A stretch of 42,670 nt of DNA from Oligoflexales bacterium (GTDB taxonomy: Bacteria; Bdellovibrionota_B; Oligoflexia; Oligoflexales; RGVZ01). The position numbers and the translations under genes were made by a program. The stretch is taken from assembly GCA_044236265.1 (NCBI GenBank), contig JBIIGV010000010.1, forward strand, positions 1 to 42,670, given 5' to 3'. The notes beneath the pieces are model-generated. The model saw nothing but the letters and a program-made list of their open reading frames with translations, made no database searches and was not told the DNA's origin. This document shows, piece after piece, positions 20,801 through 29,293 of the stretch. Position 1 is the first letter of the stretch. The number at the start of each line of letters is the position of its first letter.

Positions 20801-21206
20801 GAAATTGTTGGACCCACTGCATAAAAAGCGAATCAATCGTTGTGATTTTTAAGGATTGCGTATTTTCAAGGATCAGCTTTGCAGCGCTTGCAGCACTACG
20901 GATGCTCCCTCTGGATATTGGAGATAAGGCCTGCCATTGTTTAATTGAGTCAACAAAACCTGAAAATTCAGGGTGGCTCTCGCCAAGGCGCACGGCGTCA
21001 CGAATAATGCGTTCACGCATCTCAGCCGCCGCCTTGCGGGTAAAAGTCACGGTCAGGATGGATGACGGATCTGCACCGGCTACAACAAGGGCTAGGAAGC
21101 GTCGACTCAGCTGCCAGGTTTTGCCGCTGCCTGCTGAGGCTTCAACAATATAACTTGCCCACGGATTATAGGGGCTTTGATTTTGAGGCGGTTGCTCGCG
21201 GCTCAT
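17820..21206 (-). CDS. addA: AddA (UvrD-family helicase plus PD-(D/E)XK nuclease)
   Basis: ASAGSGKT, TFTRKAAAEMRERI, LDEFQDTS, VGDKKQSIYRFREAD, MTIHKSKGLEF, LLYVALTRA and C-terminal ADL..VVDFKT; overlaps the addB stop by 4 nt. Confidence 0.92.
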   Translation of the reverse strand: MSREQPPQNQSPYNPWASYIVEASAGSGKTWQLSRRFLALVVAGADPSSILTVTFTRKAAAEMRERIIRDAVRLGESHPEFSGFVDSIKQWQALSPISRGSIRSAASAAKLILENTQSLKITTIDSLFMQWVQQFPLETALRITDDRTAMSLESPWELLSGLAEDRLEQKAWNSVLAMTDDHDENRQLMQSIAMHAPGGNIKQLRRAIAPIMNCDTFLWSVSLTSGQDPARYYAVTQDVQTDEQFITAQKELFRTVINLVTNADKRQQALEHLGRCDMSGLIGSQIVTAKKDSLSGTTFRSAAAKDNPSYQELSGLLKAWNASTMLADLNNSARLLWSLYHAKERALHRLKVDESRGTFSDAAKGVSLMATDHDSVGARAMAWGHTKHLMLDEFQDTSQLQWMIFERLAKDLLAGGQEDAATPPNSVFIVGDKKQSIYRFREADPSLMDAAKDGLTPLGATAIQMSESYRSSGLVLEMVNAVFEDKTLIKDFPQHLPAKIRRTSSHGLGVYGSVCIYPLETNTEKPETTEAAYEQQAQQIADHIHEATSGQMGLKVFDDKAKLWRTPNFSDFVILYPKKTHAHMLEDALRARSIPCQKEEKQGFFERPEIADLRALVTWLTWSADTLALCSLLRSPICGLSDQALMELLTPDAEGLMDRLQSLQPKTYALLMGLRKAHERERMSSIVGHLLSEHRILDRYEQAFGAVEGSLARANILKWFDMVRSESADNALDAQSLSLAMDDAAEEDETGNATLAANAVSLMTIHKSKGLEFPCVVVSDLASDWHKPETGWIRDGRPGRPGLWYIGTEKTRPRGSKEIEDLLTLNEIESREEKARLLYVALTRASSHLVLTGAPSKKPIPESYYDKVGLAAQTLSDVTTRLTLSGGTLRVRGEAVIERSSSQTQEAKLTTVKQPLLQPSGRPPLLILSPSAHGTKETKQASHGESTLSEVLGEQLFSPELGKVYGTLVHKLIENHCLNSEWSDTRLERLVLDGAFKDSEISFADFLKLAKKEVRNLINSETWKHLTKSVEKMICEAPMAGISGDNLVNAKADLILIHTDQSITVVDFKTLALRSQGIEDQKLRSLCDKLGYSHQVEQYCFIASKAMGNTKARGVIVFTSHAHMVDIC

Positions 21207-24200
21207 GGTGACACCTCGAAGTCGCTTTCTTTGGCATCGTCTGCTACATCAACCAAAGATTCCAGCACAGTGTCTTGCCTCGCAATTCTTTCACGGTAGC
21301 GCGGGTCATCGCGTCGGCAAACGCCTGCAAAAGAGCACGTCGAGCAATCGGATGGATCGGCGACGAACGTCTGTGTCGACTTAATCTCGCGCAGTCGGGA
21401 CGCCCAGCGTCTCTCCACAGCAGCAAAGGCGTCGACAAGCGAGGCTGGTTTATTTCGTTTACTGAGTAATCCCTTGCTTATGAGATCGTTTTTAGCCGTC
21501 TCACCGATAGCAACAAAGGTAGGTTTACCTTCCGTTAAATTTAAATACCCGGCGGTCATGACATCAATCGCAGGCTGGACGGATGATGTAGAGCCTCCAA
21601 GTCCAGTCATTGACAGTGCCTTTGCATAAAGCGGCAATTGGGGCTCAAGCCCTTCGGCAACCATGCGGGTTTTTGGCACAGTCGAGGTCTTGTAGTCTAT
21701 GATCAGCGGACCCGCTTCAGGACTTCGATGAAGCACATCGATACTGCCGTGCAGTTCAATCTCCATATCATCAATCATCAGTGCGAGCTTATTTGATTTT
21801 CCAAATTCGACCTCTGTTGTGACAAGGTTTGGATCCCAGCCTTTCTCGAACAATACCTGCCAATAGTTGGCGATCGTTTGCCAACCGCTTCCATTCATGT
21901 GCTGGAATTGTGCGGTTCTGGATAAATCTTCTGGAGTGATGGAGCGTGCAATGGCATCCAAACGTTCGTGGGCCCAAGCTCCAAAGGCGGAGGCTAATTT
22001 TGGATGATGGCGCCATTGCAATCTTGGCTCCAGATCTGGGGGATCCTCTTTTGCAAAGAATAATTCCAAAACTTTATGGAGCAAGTTACCAGTGCTCAGA
22101 TGGCTGCGATCTTGCGGTAGTTCGATGGACTCAAGGCGGCGGCAATGAAGCAAATATCGATAGGGACACCAGATCAGATGGCGCAGCCTCGATGCCGACA
22201 TCGAGCTGATTAGGTGCCCCGCATCCTGAACCTTTCCTTCGCAATCCGTGTTAGTCGAGGGCGTTAAAATATCGAATAGGGGCTCCTGCTCCTTGTTACA
22301 TAGGATCGATGCCGCCTTTTCCCCGGGATCTATGATCCGTGGTTCGATTTTGCTCGCAAGCATTTCAATCCATCGAGAGCGAATTAAAGGCTTTTCTGCG
22401 TCCCATTGAGCGTAGGTCAATTCAACCGCCTCTAAGCGACTGGTCAGCAAGTGGAATGTTGTGTCTTCCAGTGATTCAAGATCTTTCCAAGCAGGAAGCC
22501 CCATGGCCCGTCGCATTTGATTGTCGATGAGGCTATCGCGGGGAAGACCCTGCGGAAAGCTTCCTTCAGTACAACCCAGAATAAAAACGGCAGAAAATGG
22601 TATGTAGCGAGCCTCCGTCAGACCGATAACTTGCAGCCCACTGAGGGGCTCTCCCTTGTCCCGCATGCTTTCCTGACTAGCCATGCGGTAAACGTTGGCT
22701 AAAAATTTAGACCAGTCCGCTGACGTGTATTGACGAATGACGTCCAACTGGACCACCTGTTTGACGGCTTTGTCAAAGGTTTCAGACCAAGGTTCCTCTT
22801 GGGTTGAGCTATCGCCAGTGGATAACGCTTTCATCAGGCTAGCGACCGTATTTAAAAGGCGCTGACTCGCAGCCTCGATATCCGAATCTGGTGATCGGAA
22901 GCACCAATGAACGGCCTCTTTGATGTAATTTGCCGAAGCCGCATCGATGCGACGTTCGAAATGGCGGATGATGTCATCACCAAAGCGACCAAACGCAGGA
23001 AGATTCTTTAGCTCACGTTGAAATGTGGAGTCATCGAATCCCGTCGGAGCATTAAAAAGACTCTTGGTGATAGGGCTCAAAATATATTGTGCAAATCCAT
23101 GAATTTCGTTACCGCGACCTAAACTTGTCACAAGACGAAACCACCGACCAACTTGGCTTTGGGACCATGAGGTAGCCAATGGCATGTTGATCGGTACATT
23201 TAACGACGAACTCAAGGCGCTTAAAGCAGGCCCGTACGTCTCTTCGTCGGGAACGATCACTGCGATATCATGGGCGGGCATGCCTTCATCAATAAGGCGC
23301 TGGACAGACTTTAAAACATAAGTCACCTCGTGGGTGATATCCGTGCAGCCTGTAATCTTACGCACGCCTTTGGCCCAGGAGGCTTGCGACTCAGACGAGG
23401 CTTTTAGTCCAATGCTTTGGCGTAAATCGGCCAAAGGTGACGTCAGGGAGGTTGGTGTCGGCTCATCTAACCAGACGGATACCGGGTCAAGGGCTGCTAG
23501 AGATCTGAGACATTTGCTTTCTACTGGAGGTAAAGACGTCAATCCGGCAATCAAGATTTTTCCGGGCGGTAAACTAGCAAGTTTTCTATCAGGCGCCGCT
23601 TCCACCCAATTGTAGACGGCTTGGCTGCGCGAGGTCTCTTTGGTTGTCCACTGAAATTTCGATAGCGTCTGCTTGTAGTCTTCAAGCGCATTGAAAACGT
23701 CGTCGACGCGTTGTTTAAGTTGTTCGTAGGCTTCGCCTTGGCGGCGCCAATCATCTGCCAAGTATTGTTTCAGCCGTTCTTTAGCGGCGTGCTCATCGCC
23801 ACTGCGAGCAAGCTCGGAAGCGAGGTGGACCAATTCGTGAGCGTGCCGGGTGTTTGTGTGGAGTGGGCGCGGGGATTGACTGGCGCGCTGCGTAAGAACA
23901 TGCTCCATGATCAGTTCACACTGAGAACTAACCATAACCAAGCTTTCTTTATGATGCTCAACAATGATTTCAGACAAAAATCGATCCCAAGTCCAGAGAC
24001 GAGGAAGAAACGCAGTTCCATGATCAAGGAGAGCAAGCTCACGGCTGAGATAAAGACATAGCCGTTGCGTTGGCAAGACTAGATTGACATCGGCGCGCAA
24101 TGGGCCGGGCGGGAGTGCTTTTGATAACTCCGCAATTAAGCATGTTCCAGATGGCAGGGATCGATGTCCATTCAACATAGATGGCAGTATGCCTAAAACA

Positions 24201-24217
24201 AATCGCCAATTCCTCAA
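21203..24217 (-). CDS. addB: AddB (inactive helicase plus Fe-S-stapled PD-(D/E)XK nuclease)
   Basis: LVLPTQR, SASRL..LIWCPYRY, GSIDVL..IIDYKTS, PQLPLYA, CSTCSFAGVC; lies upstream of addA. Start uncertain (24217 TTG or 24178 ATG). Confidence 0.88.
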   Translation of the reverse strand: MRNWRFVLGILPSMLNGHRSLPSGTCLIAELSKALPPGPLRADVNLVLPTQRLCLYLSRELALLDHGTAFLPRLWTWDRFLSEIIVEHHKESLVMVSSQCELIMEHVLTQRASQSPRPLHTNTRHAHELVHLASELARSGDEHAAKERLKQYLADDWRRQGEAYEQLKQRVDDVFNALEDYKQTLSKFQWTTKETSRSQAVYNWVEAAPDRKLASLPPGKILIAGLTSLPPVESKCLRSLAALDPVSVWLDEPTPTSLTSPLADLRQSIGLKASSESQASWAKGVRKITGCTDITHEVTYVLKSVQRLIDEGMPAHDIAVIVPDEETYGPALSALSSSLNVPINMPLATSWSQSQVGRWFRLVTSLGRGNEIHGFAQYILSPITKSLFNAPTGFDDSTFQRELKNLPAFGRFGDDIIRHFERRIDAASANYIKEAVHWCFRSPDSDIEAASQRLLNTVASLMKALSTGDSSTQEEPWSETFDKAVKQVVQLDVIRQYTSADWSKFLANVYRMASQESMRDKGEPLSGLQVIGLTEARYIPFSAVFILGCTEGSFPQGLPRDSLIDNQMRRAMGLPAWKDLESLEDTTFHLLTSRLEAVELTYAQWDAEKPLIRSRWIEMLASKIEPRIIDPGEKAASILCNKEQEPLFDILTPSTNTDCEGKVQDAGHLISSMSASRLRHLIWCPYRYLLHCRRLESIELPQDRSHLSTGNLLHKVLELFFAKEDPPDLEPRLQWRHHPKLASAFGAWAHERLDAIARSITPEDLSRTAQFQHMNGSGWQTIANYWQVLFEKGWDPNLVTTEVEFGKSNKLALMIDDMEIELHGSIDVLHRSPEAGPLIIDYKTSTVPKTRMVAEGLEPQLPLYAKALSMTGLGGSTSSVQPAIDVMTAGYLNLTEGKPTFVAIGETAKNDLISKGLLSKRNKPASLVDAFAAVERRWASRLREIKSTQTFVADPSDCSTCSFAGVCRRDDPRYRERIARQDTVLESLVDVADDAKESDFEVSP

Positions 24218-24285
24218 AAAACACGCCGGGGAGCTGATTTAATTGCCGCCCAATAACCCATTAAAGCTGGCATGTTATAAGACCG

Positions 24286-24456
24286 TGTCAGACCCTGGCG
24301 ACAGAGTCCGAAGACTCGGATGTGTTGTGCGTGAGAGGTTCTAGAGGCCCCCTCCCAAAATAAACTCTCAGGTCGCAACACTGTAAATAGTAAAGGCAGG
24401 GGTAAGCCGGTTCGTTAGCCCCCTTCAGGACTGGTTTATCCCTGCCGACCTAATTT
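24286..24456 (+). ncRNA. Candidate structured non-coding RNA, family unassigned
   Basis: Three stem-loops in an ORF-free spacer, with an extended -10-like TGTTATAAG at 24273-24281. Strand is inferred from that element and from G-U pairs in the stems. Confidence 0.4.
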
Positions 24457-24479
24457 TCCGGTCACTAATTGGATTGGAG

Positions 24480-25328
24480 TTACTTTTTGGAGAGACTTGG
24501 CATGTGCCATTTGTTGAGGATGAGCCACGATAGGTAACTAATGTCTATGGGCTTCATCGCAATCTCTTGTCGCTCCTGATTCATATATTTTTTGAAGACT
24601 GGTATCAGACTTGGTTTTGAGGTCGTAAGAATAAGATGGAACTTTGCCTTTACAGCAACAGGAATCAGATTGTGAATATCTTTATCAGCGTAGCCATCCA
24701 TATCGAGGATCAACGTAAACTTCTCCGCGTTATGATCGCTGGCGAACTGATGCAGATCAGTCACCTCCTTTGTGTCAAAGCCAAGCTTATTAAATAACGC
24801 AACGTAACTATTTGTGAAGCTGCGCGTACTTGTGAGTACGCCAACCGTTGGCTTTGATGTCGTTTTGGCGGGAGCTTGCGCCTGCTTTCTGTCTTTATCT
24901 TCCAACATATAAAATCGCGCGACATCGGTGATGCTGATAATACCCACAAGGTTGTCTCTCTTGGCCTCCTTCGCAGAAAGCACGGGGAAATGGCGAATGC
25001 GCTGCTCCAGGTGTAGCTTCACGATTTGTTCGCGGAAATCCTCGAGCTGCACAAATGCGACGGGTCTAGTCATGATCGTTGAAACCGTTCTTGTGAGCTT
25101 GTCCCCCATATCGAGTAGGGTAAATTTGCGGACGATGTCGCGCTCGGTAATTATTCCGACAATTTGGCCGTTGGGCTCCTCTACAAGGACGCTCGAGATA
25201 TTGTTTTTAATCATTTCCAGGACCACATCCTGTATGAGCGCATCCTGGTTTACGAACACCACATTGCTATTAATGAGCTTTTGACCGGTTTTTTGCGTGG
25301 ATTCTTTAGATGGTTGTGGCTCACTCAT
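24480..25328 (-). CDS. Tandem CBS-domain protein with degenerate receiver-like C-terminal domain
   Basis: CBS motifs GIITERDIVRK, IMTRPV, IRHFPV, LVGIISITDV; C-terminal LILDMD ... IAMKPID. Confidence 0.85.
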   Translation of the reverse strand: MSEPQPSKESTQKTGQKLINSNVVFVNQDALIQDVVLEMIKNNISSVLVEEPNGQIVGIITERDIVRKFTLLDMGDKLTRTVSTIMTRPVAFVQLEDFREQIVKLHLEQRIRHFPVLSAKEAKRDNLVGIISITDVARFYMLEDKDRKQAQAPAKTTSKPTVGVLTSTRSFTNSYVALFNKLGFDTKEVTDLHQFASDHNAEKFTLILDMDGYADKDIHNLIPVAVKAKFHLILTTSKPSLIPVFKKYMNQERQEIAMKPIDISYLSWLILNKWHMPSLSKK

Positions 25329-25347
25329 TGATTTATTTCCTGAAAAT

Positions 25348-26976
25348 TTAATTTTTTCGTAACCGCATGCGTCGCATCGCGATCATTTTACCGTCAGCTG
25401 CATATGCTGAAACCCGCCAGATATCGTTCTCTGCGATCGCAATGTCCTCAGCAGAGACGAAAAAGGCGCGACCAGATTTTTGCGTAGCTAGTGCTGTATC
25501 AGTCATCATGCTTTGACAGCCCATTTCCGTACCAGAGACGATTTTGCAAAACTCAACACTGGCCGCCGTCTCGCTAACCGAGGCGACTAGCCTGTCGCCT
25601 CCATTGCTTCCTGTTAATGCAGCCAACCGGATATCGCCCGACGTTGCTTGTTGAGCAGCCCACTCCGTAGCAGAGTCACTAACAGCTGCCGTGTAGCCCG
25701 CCTCGTGGCTTAGAAACGCAAGTGCAAGTTTTGTAAAGCGCGCGGCCAGTGTGAAGTTCAGACGGCCAACGAGGTCTTCAATGGTGTGTAAGGCTCGGTT
25801 ATAGTCGGTCGGGTTTTCGAAGGCAAAAGCGGCATGGTATCCCTGATTGGTCCATGATTTATGATCTGATGTTCCAGGCGACAGTGCGCCACTCTTCCAG
25901 GTGCCTCCAAGATACAGGGAGATCAAATCTTTTAGGTGGCGAACCAGTACAGGGCTGGTATCAGTTGTAATAATATGAATTGTTTCGTCATTAAGGATAG
26001 ATGAGTAGCCGATCATATCCAGTTGCAGCATCGAAACAATGGTAGAGCCCGCATTTTTGCGCTTACCTGCAATATCAGCGCTACCAATGAGTCCGACCTC
26101 CTCGGCTGCGTAGGCATGAAGCTCGACATTTCTTTTAAACAGCATGTTCTTAGCTTTTATCACGCGCAAAATCTCTGTAAGAGCAGCAACACCTGAGGCA
26201 TCGTCATCAGCCCCTGGTGCCTGACTTTGGTCGCTGCGATTGATCGAATCCAAATGCGCGCCCAGGACAACGGTTTCTGTTGAGGCCGTCGAGGCCGGAA
26301 TTTTAATGATTACGCTTTTTTGACTGGTATCGGTGTGTGACTCTTGTGTGACGGAAGCGCCGGACGGAAGCAAAGCCTGCCAACTCGCATAGATCGCATC
26401 AGAGGGTATATTTGGGGATGTATCGGCATGATAGCGTGTGGACTGGTTTTGAAGCGTCAACGTCGTGGCTTTGATGTTCTCACTTGAGACATCACTCAGA
26501 ATGCTAGTGATGGAGCTTGACTTAACACTTGTCGGAACGAGAGGGGAGGCAGCATTTCCGAGAGTCATGGTCGCCAAATTTGTTTGCGGATCTAAGATCT
26601 CGAGCGCACCACAGGCACCGATGTCTTCATGCGCCAGCGCAGCTAAGTCATCACGTTCTGCGGAGGAATTGACAGTGAGTATAGCTCGACCAACGCGGGT
26701 TTGCGGGGACGAAAAATAGGCAAAGGTGCGCGGGTCATGCAGAAGAGATCTAGAATAATCTGAGCCAGGAGAGAAACTAACCATAACCAGTTTAGAACTT
26801 TTATTTATAAAAATGTTTTTAGCGCTTTCCTGAAAAAGAAAAGTTCTTCCAGTACTAGACCAAGATCCCAAAACCGGAGAAAAACGAAGCACTCCGTCGT
26901 CGGGGACGCCGCTTATTGTCAAACAAGATAAAACGAGGACAATGTAGCCAACTGAACTTGGGAAAAGACGTTTCAA
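25348..26976 (-). CDS. Secreted M28-family (leucyl) aminopeptidase
   Basis: GAHLDS, PGADDDASG, YAAEEVGLIGS, QLDM, SDH and HT zinc-ligand motifs; hydrophobic N-terminus. Confidence 0.9.
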   Translation of the reverse strand: MKRLFPSSVGYIVLVLSCLTISGVPDDGVLRFSPVLGSWSSTGRTFLFQESAKNIFINKSSKLVMVSFSPGSDYSRSLLHDPRTFAYFSSPQTRVGRAILTVNSSAERDDLAALAHEDIGACGALEILDPQTNLATMTLGNAASPLVPTSVKSSSITSILSDVSSENIKATTLTLQNQSTRYHADTSPNIPSDAIYASWQALLPSGASVTQESHTDTSQKSVIIKIPASTASTETVVLGAHLDSINRSDQSQAPGADDDASGVAALTEILRVIKAKNMLFKRNVELHAYAAEEVGLIGSADIAGKRKNAGSTIVSMLQLDMIGYSSILNDETIHIITTDTSPVLVRHLKDLISLYLGGTWKSGALSPGTSDHKSWTNQGYHAAFAFENPTDYNRALHTIEDLVGRLNFTLAARFTKLALAFLSHEAGYTAAVSDSATEWAAQQATSGDIRLAALTGSNGGDRLVASVSETAASVEFCKIVSGTEMGCQSMMTDTALATQKSGRAFFVSAEDIAIAENDIWRVSAYAADGKMIAMRRMRLRKN

Positions 26977-27260
26977 GGTTGTTCAAACCTCCAACTGCCT
27001 TTTTCATAGTCAGACTGACCATCCCAGTCTGACGGAACAAATGACGAATAATCAGGTCCACTTGTGCGTTTGGACGAACCGCATCTAAGCAACATCACAG
27101 ATGCTGCGAGCGCAGTTCCAAGCATAAATAAATAGATTCGTCGGTGTCGCATGACCGAAATTGTAACAAATCTCCTTCATTTGGACAAAATTCTGCATTT
27201 AATCTATAGTTTTTATTCGGTTTTGCTTTCTTAACACCATGAATCAGGAGCCTCGACGCC

Positions 27261-29126
27261 GTGAGTGATTGGAACTCTGAAGATACCCGTAGTCTTCCTC
27301 CCGAAAGACAAAATTTTCTTGTGCGTTGGTCGAGCCGACTATTCGCATGGTTGCGCAATGCTCTGGCCATATTTGGTCTGGTTGCTGTGGTGATCCCTTT
27401 GATCATCGTGTGGAGCTTCTTCCGCATGACTGATGCACAAAAACCAGCGAAGACAGCCATCAAAGACACTGGCAAACCAGCAACACTGTGGCTGGCTCTC
27501 AATGCTCCGATCATGGAACACGAGCCAAGGTTTGGTGAATCGTTTTTCCGCGAAATTTTCGGTCGTGAAGAAGGGATTTATCTACCGACCATTAGGTCAG
27601 CGCTTCGCAAAGCCGCTGCTGACAAGGGTATCAAGGATGTTCAGGTCGCCTTAGATGGTGTCTCAGGCAGTGCTGCGGACCTCGAAGAATTGCGTCAAAT
27701 GATCTTGGACTTCAAGGCTAGCGGTAAGCCAACCCATAGCTGGGTCGCCCATCTCGACAATGCAGCATTGATGATTGCAAGTGCGACCGACAAGATCAGT
27801 CTTAATCCCGTGGCTGAAGTTTCACTTCCAGGCCCAGCGTTTCCAATGACCTATTTTGGCGATGCCTTGCGGAGGCTAGGTGTTGAGATGCAGGTCGTAC
27901 GCACTGGTAAGTTCAAAAGTGCTTTTGAGCCTTTTATTGCAAACGAACCAAGCCCCGAAAGCCGTGAAGCATTGTTATCTGTGGAGGGTAGTCTTCGCGA
28001 TCACCTGGTCAAGAACGTGGCCCAGGGACGTAAGAAACAAGATAGCGAAGTCTTTCTCTGGTTTAAAGAAAGCTTTTTCACTCCGGCAAAAGCTAAAGAA
28101 ATGGGAATAGTCGATGACCTTGCGTACATGCCGACAATCGACCTAAAAGACCCGCAAAATGTTCTTGCTGAGGACTATGATGCTGACGAATCGATTACCG
28201 CCAAGCTCAGCAAAGGTTATAGCCTAAAACCTGATGAGGGACTGGGATTCATCGAGGCCGTAGGTCAGATCGTCTCCGCTGCTGACGGAGAAAGCGCCAT
28301 TACCCCTGACGACATGGAGCAAGAAATAAACTGGGCGCTAAATGACGATAACGTCAAAGCCGTGATTCTAAGAATATCGAGCCCGGGTGGAAGTGCCTCA
28401 GTCGCAGACTTCATATGGGACCGCGTAAAAACACTAAATGAGAAAAAACCGGTTGTTGTGAGTATGGGTTCGGTAGCGGCATCAGGTGGCTACTATATCG
28501 CAGCGGGTGCAAACAGGATCTTTGCTGATCCGTCAACCATCACAGGATCTATTGGCGTCATTGGCATGCTACCAAGTTTAGACGGCATGAAAGACAAATG
28601 GGGCGTGAGCTTCCACACGATCACACAGTCAAATCGTGGTGCCGTTCTTGGCATGAAAAAGATGACTTCATCTGACCAATCCTATCTCCAAGCTACAGTG
28701 GAAGATGTATATCGCACCTTCAAATCCCGGGTAGCCGATGGTCGTAAGATGTCCATGGAAAAAGTCGAATCTTTAGCTCAAGGCCGCATTTACACGGGTG
28801 CGCAGGCTAAAGACATTGGCCTCGTTGATGAACTGGGCGGATTAAAGGAAGCATTTCAATACGCAAAAAAGGTAGCAGGCCTGGATGAAAACCGCCTGTA
28901 CCCGATTCATCGTTTTCAACCGGAGGAGTTCTCCCTTAGTGACTGCTTTACAAGTTTGAGCAAGATTCGCAAATGCTTCCGCCGTCACGGTAGTCTCATG
29001 AGGACAAATATCACGGAAAGTTTGCTTGATGATGAAACTCGTGACGTACTTAAGTTACAGCGCGTCGCAAAAGCAGCCAAAGAGTCTCGTGTTATGGCTA
29101 TCATGCCGGTCACTCCGAAGCTTTAA
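27261..29126 (+). CDS. sppA: Signal peptide peptidase SppA (long, two-domain S49 form)
   Basis: N-terminal TM helix; RTGKFKSAFEPF, LRISSPGGS, VVSMGSVAASGGYYIA, TITGSIGV, AQGRIYTGAQA..GLVDELGG. Confidence 0.93.
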   Translation: MSDWNSEDTRSLPPERQNFLVRWSSRLFAWLRNALAIFGLVAVVIPLIIVWSFFRMTDAQKPAKTAIKDTGKPATLWLALNAPIMEHEPRFGESFFREIFGREEGIYLPTIRSALRKAAADKGIKDVQVALDGVSGSAADLEELRQMILDFKASGKPTHSWVAHLDNAALMIASATDKISLNPVAEVSLPGPAFPMTYFGDALRRLGVEMQVVRTGKFKSAFEPFIANEPSPESREALLSVEGSLRDHLVKNVAQGRKKQDSEVFLWFKESFFTPAKAKEMGIVDDLAYMPTIDLKDPQNVLAEDYDADESITAKLSKGYSLKPDEGLGFIEAVGQIVSAADGESAITPDDMEQEINWALNDDNVKAVILRISSPGGSASVADFIWDRVKTLNEKKPVVVSMGSVAASGGYYIAAGANRIFADPSTITGSIGVIGMLPSLDGMKDKWGVSFHTITQSNRGAVLGMKKMTSSDQSYLQATVEDVYRTFKSRVADGRKMSMEKVESLAQGRIYTGAQAKDIGLVDELGGLKEAFQYAKKVAGLDENRLYPIHRFQPEEFSLSDCFTSLSKIRKCFRRHGSLMRTNITESLLDDETRDVLKLQRVAKAAKESRVMAIMPVTPKL

Positions 29127-29293
29127 TTTCATATTGCATGTCGGGGGGCACTCTTTCGGCGGGCGTTCGGAGTATAAGCCAACCGCAAAGTTGGTAACTG
29201 CCGTACAGTCAAGGCGCCAGGTAAAGGGCTTCCCGCAGTGCCTGGCCGGACTTGGTGCTATCCAGCTAGTTGCGTTTGGTAAGGTGTCAGGTA

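Noticed and set aside
24300..24381. Glycine riboswitch (AAACTCTCAGG and CCGAAG words)
   Set aside because: The conserved elements are in the wrong order, and there is no downstream gene on that strand.
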